Part shown: piece after piece, positions 12,441 through 23,147 of the stretch | How positions within the stretch are numbered: the stretch's first letter is position 1 | How the letters are laid out: each line of letters opens with the position of its first letter | Source of the DNA: Phoronis australis | Lineage: Eukaryota > Animalia > Phoronida | Assembly (NCBI GenBank): GCA_002633005.1 | Contig: NMRA01000127.1 | Coordinates: 1-64,000, forward strand | Direction: 5' to 3' | Length of the DNA stretch: 64,000 bases | Notes under the pieces: model-generated | Told to the model about the DNA's origin: nothing | Database searches by the model: none | Seen by the model: the letters and a program-made list of their open reading frames with translations, nothing else | Program-made: the position numbers and the translations under genes

Positions 12441-14289
12441 AAAACTTTTTTGATATCTCTTTTCATTAAAGAAATAGAGTCAATGTTTTTACAGACACAT
12501 TTGAGACCAAACACATATGCTTAAAAATCCAATTATCACAATTACTATGGTTTCTTTTGCACCAATATAAAATACTGTCTCAGGTTTTCGCTAGAGTCTT
12601 CAGGCAGGCCCTGACAATCAATGGCACAAATCTCTCACATTGTCAATTCACATCTAGGAGAAAAACTTTTCCTCATCATTTCTAAAATGTACATGTGTAT
12701 TGGTCTATTTACAGCAACTTCTCAGTTCCGTCTCGAATCCTATTACAAATTATGTGAAAAATGTCTCAGTTTTGTACGTCGTAATGATTTTTGGTTCAAA
12801 TTTGCCACAAAGCTGGAGCGACTTTATGGCGTGGAATCGTGCTGAATTTGAACCTTGCGATCTGTTGGTAAAATATAATGAGCCACGTCGTGTAAATATC
12901 GCATGACTGTCTAACGACATTTGCGAGACATTTTATGCAACAAAATTGCGAACCTTTATCTCCAATTCAGGTTTCGAATTCCTCGTACCTCCTGACTCAA
13001 AAACTTGAGAAAGCTTCGAGCCAACTTGAGACAGCTTCGGTGACTGTGCGATTATTTCAATAAGAAAATATTCCCCAGATTTCTGCAAAATGTCCACAAA
13101 ACGCTCGTTTTTGCAACACGAGTACGAGGCCCCCTTATAAAACTTTCACGGTCGCAGTTTAGTGCAATAAAGACATGTGATACCAATTCTATGTGCTTCA
13201 AGTGACAACCGTCGCCGCTCATTGGTCTTGTATTAGCAGTCCTAACTTATCTTTCCCTACAATTCAGAGTGGACCTAAATTCCATATTCGGGGGAATGTT
13301 GCCACGATCTTCTTCAAAAATGTCCCTATCGAGAGAGAGAGAAAATGTGCAAAATTTTACTAAACCGGCAAACAGTGGCACTTGAATCCAACAACAGTAC
13401 CATTTTTGTGTTCCCGTTACTTCTTCAAAAAGATTTCCATGGTCTTTTTATTGATGAGGTCAACATTTTTGTGAATATAAACCTCCTTTGGCGGGAAACT
13501 TTTTGATGAGCAAGTGCTCATTAAAACCGAATAAGGTTGTATTTTTACACCAAAGTTTCTCTCATCGTTGTTTACAGGAAGATATTAGCAGTTTTCCACT
13601 TCTGATTGACAAACACAAACAGATGTGAGACTGGTTTGCTTGGACTGGCAGTACATGTTTTTTATGTCAACACGGTGCAAGCAGATCTTAAGAGATTACT
13701 TTTCTGTCATTCAAAATTCAATATACAGCGGTGCTAGACCTTGAATACTACAATAAGCTATATCAGTGATATTACTTCACCCACTGACACAACTGACGTA
13801 TCTATTTCATGCTTGGATGCTTTGCAGCTCTGAGCCTCTGATGACTAGCTTTCAGATAGCAAATTCGCTTTGTTAATACTCGGCCAGGTGCATCAGAGCG
13901 ACATAAATCTAGTTTTTATCGCCGTGTTAATACATTAACCTGAGGAATGCATACAACATTATTCAACTGGATAAAAACATCGGTGGGCCGTGAGGGTCAT
14001 CGTGAACATGGTATTGCACCGACGTAGAAGCCAAGGATGGATGCACTGCGAAAAGATGTTGCAGCGCTTGTCGACTAGTCGTCTAGATTTGCGCTGACTT
14101 GGACTCCATTTTCACGGTCGTTCTAGTCGGCTGGCGTCACACGCAGTCGTGTTGACTTACGTAGTAAACGACTGATACTCGTGTCATAAAGATACTTTTA
14201 CTTCCCCCACTGTTTTTACCCTTCATGCAATATGTCTGGCAAAATTTTCGTACTGAAAATTAAATAAAAATTCATAAATTATGAATATA

Positions 14290-14359
14290 CATGGGCGTCG
14301 CACCACAAGGGGTTGTGGGGGCTATAGCCCCCCACTTTTTCAGTGCTGCGCCGCCTATG
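14290..14359. mobile_element. ~70-bp CATG-ended MITE, family A
   Basis: CATGGGCGTCGCA...TGCGCCGCCTATG inverted ends. Internal CCCACTTTTTCAGTGC is shared with the copies at 27678, 46842 and 54357. Confidence 0.7.
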
Positions 14360-15938
14360 AGCTAGAATTCACTCTTTCCACTGATTAGTGAAGATTTTTT
14401 TGAACACTGGTACAAGCACAAGTCTTCAGTCTACGAAACTCAGCACACCTGTTGAGGTTACGAAATTATCCGAGATGTTCCGAATGACCAAACCCTTGCA
14501 AACAACAAGCTGACTTAGTTCCGACACTGATCGGCCGAGAAATGTTGCTCTCCACCTCGGCCCACATAACCTTTTAGCATTGCCTTCATGATTGGGTAAT
14601 ATTCGAATTATACTGACCGCATCGGAACAAACACGATTCGTTCAATTTTCATCAACAGTCGCTTCCATTAGCGTCATCAGAGGGTCATGTGCTGATATTG
14701 GCGTTGCCAACATCAACCCAACTTTTGATGGCGGCATCGCCAATAGTGAGATTGATATCCGAGTGGCGTTGGAGTCAAGCACCTTGTGAGCCGGAGTTAG
14801 TCTGCATTGAGATTGGAAGCAGCGTAACCTTCTGTTGCGGGGTCGTCGACGTCATCGGCGATAGCGTCGGCGTTTTAATTGTCGAACAGTGTCGGCTGCG
14901 GTTTATTTGGAAGTTTCGCGGTCTTCAATGACGTCCTCGGCAAACTTGTTGGTGTCGAAACATGAGGATTGTCAGTGGAGATGGTGAGCGTTCTTGATGA
15001 CTTTCTCTTCAGTCGCTCCTCAAAAAGCGCTTTCATTTGTTCTTCACCTGGTCCAATGGGGCGGCGTCCGTCTCTGCTTTGAATGTGAGGTAGCCGTGCG
15101 TTCAAAGTAGAAGCGTGGTAAAATTGGGAGACATGGACTACCAAGTATGTATCTTTTGTGGAAAAGAAGCAGAAGATATCGCCATATGTACTGCTCTTGT
15201 GGATTTCCATGTCCCTTTTGGTCTTAGTTGTTTCAATGTTCAAATAAAAATTAGAATTTTTCCATACATTTCTCTTGTTATCTTCAGAATCACATGCACT
15301 GAATTCATTCTCAGTAAATTTCATTTACATTGACGAAGATTGTGTAGAACACTTTAAACGGAAAAAATACATATTCTACCAAAGGAAGGACTCCTATGGG
15401 CCTTTTATTTGCTGATTAACTCATAATCCTTGGCGGGCCCCATAGGTAACTGTAAGTGTGCTTGTGTAGATGACCTAATAACTTGTATTATAATATTGTA
15501 TCTATCGAATGTATACATGGGTAAGATCGACAACAACACCGTCGAGTGAAATAGCGGTGGAGGCTATAATTTGTCGTGCGAACAAGAGTGGTAGCGGTAG
15601 CGACCAGTCGCGCGACTGATCATGATGATCAGTGACCAGTCGTGCCACTCGCTGGTTCCCTACGTGCCTACGTGACCACCTAGCGGCACTCAGGGGACCA
15701 GCGAGAGTCGTGTCACTGTGTATTTCTGGTACATGTACATCGATCTTGAGTCATTTTGTTAATGGTGTGTACTTTGTTTGTCGATGTGCCTCGTTCAATC
15801 TACGGCTGTGTCCAGGATGGAGGTTTATCATTTGTGTCTCTTTAGTGACTAATAAAAGTTGTGCATCATTGAATAAACCAATCCTTAGTTGAGCACTAAT
15901 TAAATTTGTCCGTAAATTTAAACATCTTTTGCCTCTAG

Positions 15939-16198
15939 CAATGTCGGTGCAGTTGGTCCAGCCGGCTCCATCACCTCCACCGTCAATGATATGACAAAAT
16001 ACTTGCACTTCCTCGTCTCTGGCGGAAAGACGGCAGACGGCACCAGTCTCCTGCCAACTGACAAGCTTGAGGAGTTGTTCTGTCCAGTCACTGTGATACC
16101 GCAGCTTTGGTTAAACGGTGCCCTTGCATTGCCAGTCGCCCCCTTCATAAGGTCTATGGATTGTTATGCACGTGGATGGACAGTCGGCTGGTACAGAG
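15939..16198 (+). CDS. Beta-lactamase/S12-like hydrolase, exon 4
   Basis: Acceptor CCTCTAG|C, donor G|GTCAGT. Encodes NVGAVGPAGSITSTVNDMTKYLHF...YARGWTVGWYR, containing the family PAGSIxSTxxDMxK motif. Confidence 0.92.
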
Positions 16199-16999
16199 GT
16201 CAGTAACAGGAACAGAACAGTTAGTACATCTACTTCCTTCCATAAAACAGGGATCATTTAGAACGTCACATTTACACCTCGACATCTGTGAACCAAATTT
16301 CCTCTGAGTGGGACATTACAGGTTCATGTATCTGTTATACAACTAACTGTGAAGGGAGTGTGTACCATGAAGTGTACCAATCCCGCTCGAAACAATGACC
16401 CATGTTGCCGCGTCACGTGTCCACAATATAGTGGTCTAATGACGTGCTACCATTACAGACGACAATTTGTAGAATTGTTTTCCTCCAAAGTAACTAAAGG
16501 TTGTAAATTTTCTGCTCTGGAACGCTAATTTAGATTCAGTAAAACATAGTATACATACATTAGTCAATTTAATGAAATATAGTATGTGTTGAGCCATCCA
16601 GGATATCGTACAGTATTACTATTTGAACCTGGTCTGTTGGACTATATCATCTAATTCCTAAATCCTCGGAGACGTCTCGTCTCTTTCCGTAGTTGGCTAC
16701 TCGGTGGAAAGTCCGGTGGCGTGAGATCTCGTTTGTCTGGTGACATCGCCAACACTCACATTCCATGCAGGCGGCAATTTAAATATTGCCTGGCATTGCG
16801 CTTATACCTTGGACTACGTGCTGGAATTGTCCACGTGATCGAGTGGGCGGAGCAATAGTCAATTTAGCGACTGGTTTTGAACTAACTGACAAAATAATTT
16901 CGATATCTAGTTTTAGCGATTTCCGTGAAAAAATTAAAAAGCACAAATACGAGTATAATGTCAAGTGTTTGATAACAGCGTAACCATTGGTGTTTTCAG

Positions 17000-17619
17000 G
17001 CCACAAGATAATTTCACACTTTGGAAACTTGTACGGCTATGATGGTCTGATTTCCTACATTCCTCTCGTCAATGCCGCCATCTGGACCAACAGTAACGGC
17101 CCAAAGGGACGACCAGCTGTCATAAGCCACCTGCTGCTACAGAGTTACATAACAGACCTCCTCATCGGCGAAAGTCCCTGGCTGGACACTTCCACCGTGG
17201 TGACCTACCCTGTACCATGGGGCGAAAAGCAAGATTTTCATGGCGTGATGACAGAGACGGAAGTGGCCAAGAATCTGCCGTTTTCAAGGCCTTTAGAGAA
17301 ATATCTCGGGAAGTTTGGCAATCCTGAGCTGGGGAATGTCACTTTTGTGAAAAGCGATGATGGGTGCTTGGAAATGCATTATGGATCCCTGGGAAAGTAC
17401 ATAGTCTACCCACAGAAAGAAAAGGACAAGTTTGTTGTCGAGTCGATCGGTGTAATGCATTTCATGCGAGAAGTTAATACTCGCTTCCTAAGCCAGTCCT
17501 TTGTACTGTTTATCTCCAATGAAAACGACGAAATTGTATCTGTCAAGGTGAGTTTTCTCGACTACGCTAACCCGCCGACCTTCGTGAAGAGGCGCAAGAC
17601 CTTGGAGTCGGGACTGTAG
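17000..17619 (+). CDS. Beta-lactamase/S12-like hydrolase, exon 5 (terminal; includes a DUF3471-like C-terminal beta domain)
   Basis: Acceptor TTTTCAG|GC gives GHKIISHFGNLYGY (HxG triad motif). LEKYLGKFGNPELGNVTF resembles the LxxYxGxYxxPxYG start of the S12 C-terminal domain. Stop TAG at 17617-17619. Total spliced CDS is 1569 nt and open. Confidence 0.9.
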
Positions 17620-17943
17620 TACATTCGACCACACAACACGTAATCGAATCATGTCGCGTGATTAGTTAGTTTCGAGTCTGTGTTCCAGTCAAGTCTGAGC
17701 TCGGAGATTAGATGTTGGGCTCATGGGATGGTTGACAAAGTCTTTTTGATACAAGATCTTCCGCAAGTATTAAACCTCGTGGAGAGTAAAGTGTTGCGCC
17801 ACATTTACGAAAGTGATTTCCCTGACACTTGCTAGCTCTGCCAGTCTAATGTGAACAGTGTAGTGTGCTATTTGTTGACAAGCTTGCAACTAATTTTTGT
17901 GGACATATTTTCTGAATATTTCTGAATATTTCCGAATACCCTA

Positions 17944-17949
17944 AATAAA
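17944..17949 (+). terminator. Candidate polyadenylation signal of the S12 hydrolase gene
   Basis: AATAAA about 325 nt after the stop codon, followed by a T-rich tract. Confidence 0.45.
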
Positions 17950-20900
17950 CTCGGGAGTTCATTACTGATTTTATTGATATTCTTTCATCTTTATTTTAGT
18001 TGAAACCTTCATGAAATAGATTTTAACACAAGTTAGTTAAGTCGAAACTTAAGCCCCGAATAATTATGGCCATTCAACACAGCTTCAAATATTTTCAAAA
18101 TTTACCAAATTTAATACGAATTTTTAGTTTATTTTTCATTTTTGCTGTTAGTGTAACACCACCGAAGTGAATGACAGCTGACTCCTGCATTGAAGGTGCT
18201 CACTCAATTTTCTGTGGATACTCCGTCCACCTTTAAAAAACAAAAGAGTAGTGAAATAAGGCAAAACAAACTGGGCCGAAAGCTACGAAATGTTCATAGT
18301 TAGGTGATATTTTTCGACTGACTAAACTCACCATGTGTTTTAAATTGGATAATGTAATGCAACAATATCTTTAAGGAAATTGTCACAAGGTTAGGAAAAA
18401 TGTCACTACAAAAGGCTCAGAAGAGGGCGCCAGCAATCGTTACACTAGCGCAGAACGACGCACAATGTATATTGAAAAATTGTATGTGTGCCTGCCTGAT
18501 TTTTTGTGAGTCACGTTTTGCTTGGTAACAACTATACATTGCAGCCAGCAATAATTCGAGACATTTTTCCAAAAAATCCCTGCACAGGTCGAAAGTTTTG
18601 ACCAAATGACGACCTCTTGAAACTGCTGCAGACGTTTTTACACGCTGTCTGTTGAGATGCATTGTGTTGACAAAGGAAGCAAGTTGCTAAAGTTTTGACA
18701 TGATTTTTGTTTTCGTGTTAGTTAGCACAGTTTCACGTTGTAATAGGTTGCAGACACGTACAATTTAGGACAATGTCTTCTTTGACTTGTGACGATGTTG
18801 CTTTGATGTCGTTGTTGGTTTTTCCTTCGTCGTCATGTCCGTGTGTGTTGACGCGCCTTCAGATGTAGCCACGCGACAACGAGTGCTATTGATGTCGTCA
18901 CGTGGGAAGGCGCGCGCGATGTTCGACTTGCGTTTCTACGATTGGCGGATCTCATCACAAACAAATCGCCTGTATGCGTACCCACTGAAATGATAGGTCA
19001 TTGTATTGAAACCACTAAATCGAACTTGTTGACGAATTACGAAGCAGATTCTCGTAAGTTGGAAGCAATAACTTTCAAACCCGAATTTCTGCTCTAACGG
19101 AAGAAGCACATGGGACACTGCACTTGGGTTTAAATACCGGTACCGGAGTTGATCACGAAAGCACATCCTTTGCAACTTGTGTAGACCGTAAGCAACAACA
19201 AAACGACTTTGTGGAATTTTCAAGAGGTGAAATTCTCAAAACATAAAACCGATGTTTTAAGTTTTTTGGAGGGTGTCAGTGCTTCGTATTTCTTTGCGTT
19301 AGCCTCGATCAGTTTTGCAAATCTTTGAGATTTAGATGAACGGATGGACGGGGCCGGACTCTCGCCACTGATTCGGTGAACAATGGTTCATGTAAAACCG
19401 GTGTCGGAAGGTCTCGGCGTCCCAGTCAATCCACGGTCTACGTATTAGTGGAATTATGGGCCAGTATGTTGGCATTTATGTAGGTACGCTGCTGATCCCG
19501 CCTTTCGTGATCCCCAACTCCAGAGTCAGGAACGTTGTGTCTTATGTACAGTGTATTCTTGTCTGTTCTAAGAGTATGAATCAATAAAATACAACGCACA
19601 TGACATTATTTTGTGATTGCCGTGTTTGTTTCGTTGTCAGATTTGCAGTCGAGTATTTAGTTACCTTCCTGTTCAATGACCCTGGTAAGATAGCTCCTAC
19701 TGATGGATCCTACATCTGTTTTGGTAATGACGGTGCACCTAAAATTAGGATAACCAAACTGTGAAACCCCGTGCAGTACATTTTGCTCCATTTATGTTTT
19801 AACTATAGCAAGTTAGCGTTCCCAATAATACGAATGTCAACACCATGGACGGAATGGAGTTACATGATGGCTTCAGCGGGAAGATTCACTTCCCCTTACT
19901 GGATTTATTCGAGCTTAAACAGGACCTAACGCATAGTTTCGCTGAACGCAGTTTGGCCACGCCTACCATAGATACAGTTGTTATGCCCTCATAAGCACCA
20001 AACAAATCTGACATCAGTCCCGTGCCAGATTCTGTTCGATGCACCACGTGATGTTTCATTGAAACTGTTCCTGCGTGATGATATAAAGCCACGGACAAAT
20101 ACAATGGGAGAACAAAACTAATTCGTCTCCTAGTGTAAATTGTTTCATATACATGTAGCGGTGCATATTCCACGTATTTGAGTGATTTCGTAGAATTAAC
20201 ACCAATCGATTCACTTAAATTGAGCTTCATCCATATGTCGATTTAACCACCTGAAATCCGGTTGCTTTTCAGTATAGATGTGTTGAACATGCATTTTACT
20301 TCGATCACACGATTAGGTGCACTGACAACCTATTCCAAGCCATAAGAAAAAACTGCCCTCAAGCAGCGTTAAAAATTTGTTGGTTTCCATTGGTGGTCTT
20401 GTGTTGGAAATAAGAAATCATGAGCCTTGGGTTGACGACGAGATTCCGATTCGGTTTCTCGCAAGTTCCATAGATATGATTCTTAATCCACGTTTACACA
20501 CCCCGATTTTTCACGTTGGACTTTGTACCGGTATCGTACTGCTTTAAGTTCGTGCAAGAACACTCATTTTCCATCAACTACCCAATCGCCATCTATCGAC
20601 AAGATGTATTCCATAATGCCCGTCGCCGCCAATTTGGTGGAAAATGGAAGCCGAGTTGCCCGGGGAAAATTGCAGCTTCGATAGGGAAATGTCTCCGTAG
20701 CCTCTCATTCCCCCACAAAAAAAACGCCAGACCCGGACCCCGTGAGTGTCTATATTATTCAGGTTAATGAGGACCTTGTCAGCTAGCCGACGTCTGCTTA
20801 TCTGATTCAGTATACGGTTCCCAAAAACGCAAACATTAGTCTGTGAAAACATTCATCGTATTAGTCCGTGATCTTCAAAAATTGCTCTCCGGAGAGCGAT

Positions 20901-21636
20901 TCACAGACACGGACGCGTACGCAAAAAGGATGAATGGATAGCACTATTTATATTTTACTTAGTGAGCCAACTCTGCGGACACGACGCGGGGATGTCTTAC
21001 AAGAATGTTCATGTTCACAAAATTTTTCATCTTTGCAATTCCATTCTTGTCGGCAGTTCTGTTCTTGCGAACTCTTTTCCTTTCTCGTGAACCACACTTA
21101 GTTTCACGAGTGACAGAAGGCACGAGTTGCACTCATAACAACTCTCTGTATTATCATGACTAAGAGTATCAGTAACAATATGTCACGTGAGTAAATAATG
21201 CAACTCATGAGAGCAGACGTTTACTGGGTGGAAAAAGAACGCTGTTCGCGAAAACGCTTTTGTGGTAATTGAGGGTGCTGGCAGATTACCTACCTTGCAA
21301 GGAGAACAATTATTATTACATACCTGAAACGGTCACCTTCATAACGGGAGAGCATCGTATAAATGACAGCCATCTCAACAAAGCCGTTTTTCATTGTCGT
21401 CGTGCCCGTTAATCGCGTCCCCTTGTTATGTCGAATATGCTCAAAAAGTATCGACGTTCCAACCACTATGGAAAGTATATGGGTGAAAAGAAGTTTTCGT
21501 CTTTTGGCCTCGGTTTTTGGAAGTTGACCTAATTGGTTAACTCTTTTACGTCCACAGAGTATTACCTTACACGATGTACTAATATGCATACTATGACTGA
21601 CCAGGAAAACAATGCCGGTTCCATATAATACACGAC

Positions 21637-22117
21637 ATTAGCTTGCACATTCGGTGAAAAATGTGCGTTCATAAGGCAAACACTGAATTCAATCCCACAA
21701 TTCAACACTTAAACCTCGCCAACCGATCACTTCAGTGGCCGCTATTTTGCTAGGGCACTAGGTTCGTTAGTTCCCAAGCATACTCTCGTTTTTTACTCGC
21801 GTGATTTTCCGAGGTCTTGTAAGATTTTGCTTTTGTTCGCAAGAACCTATGTTTATTGAACGCTCTAATGACAACAAACGTGATTTTGACTAGCCTTGTA
21901 GTACGACAATACGGCACGCGGAAAACGTTCATTTGTACCAGAACATTAAGACCTCGCAAAACCACGCGAGTGAAAGACAAGTGTTTCGCAAGTATGCTCG
22001 GTAGCTTATTAGCCCTGTCGTAGGAACATTGTGGCCGTTGTCGTGACTGGTCTGTGAGATTGTAATGTTGAATTATGGCATTGAATTCACTGTTTCCTTT
22101 CTGTAAGCGAAGCTAAT
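21637..22117. mobile_element. Old foldback/MITE-like element with ~70-100 bp diverged inverted arms
   Basis: AGGCAAACACTGAATTCAATCCCACAATTCAACA (from about 21673) is the approximate reverse complement of TGTTGAATTATGGCATTGAATTCACTGTTTCCT (about 22066-22098). Confidence 0.5.
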
Positions 22118-23147
22118 ACAAAGCGTTTACGGACCACCCCGTGGGGTCTGTTTCTTGAAAGTGACCTAAAACGTGACCTAAGACATGACCTTACGCTTCC
22201 ACACAACAATGTCGGAATAATTAAACCTCACATGAGCAAAGTCTGAAGATATATCCATAACTGCTAGTTGCTAAGACAGTTTCTGTCAATTGAATCATTT
22301 CTAGGCTCTTTTGCGCTCGTAATTTTTCTTGGCTAAGTCTTTTTAAGCCTGCATGAGCGTAAAACCAAAATTCTTTCCTAAATCTTAAGTCACTTTCTTC
22401 ATACAGAACTGTTGTCTTGTAAACGTGTGCAATCGTTTTGGTCATGCTTTTTTATTAGGGTCAATCAAAAAGCTGGATTATCGTTAAATTCTGAATTATG
22501 GACTTTTAAAGGACGTACATGTAGTTCGCGGCAAAATCACGGGACCACAAGGTCGAATTTTATCAACCTCAAGTAAGCGCCACATATATAACCTGAAAAT
22601 ACCGAATACAAATGCACCGCTTCATTATACCAAAAATACAAAGTTGACAGAATTGAGAAATTTATTTTCCGAATTTGTAAAATAGAGCAATTGATGGGTT
22701 CTATATTTCTTTTATTCGCAGGTCATTGAAAATGTTACAGTGGCCCAGTGTTTCTGTGAGCACCAGGAAAAAAGATAATTTCACCCTGTGTGTAATAAGC
22801 CCAGCGCAGTTTATGCTGTTTGTTTACACTGTTTGGGTGTGAGCAAATAAATGCTAAATAATTGGAGAGCGTACACATGACACAAAAACGGTTTTATTAC
22901 TGGCAAAATGGTTTTGTGATTCAAAGTGAGCCGTCAATAACCATGTCTGAAACTATAATTCATGAGAGCCCATTTTATTAGCACAAGTGATTCAAATTTC
23001 TGTTTCAGTCATTTACGATATCTAATGGAAATATAAACGGTCAAACTTGTACATTCTTTATTGATATGATGTCTTTTAATTCCAAGGCGATTGTTACATA
23101 TTTCAGACATGAAGTCAGAATTGCCTAAGTACCTAGTCGTAGCTACT

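Noticed and set aside
12206-12514. ORF with a transmembrane-like poly-Leu/Ile stretch
   Set aside because: It is the translation of an (AAT/AAC)n microsatellite.
3616-17619. Bacterial contamination or a recently acquired resistance gene
   Set aside because: The CDS is split by four canonical GT-AG introns, several containing metazoan transposons.
20574-21589. Possible downstream exons of the sushi gene (minus-strand segments near 21323-21440 and 20760-20840)
   Set aside because: The candidate acceptors give stops within a few codons in the required phase 1, and the open frames show no convincing domain.
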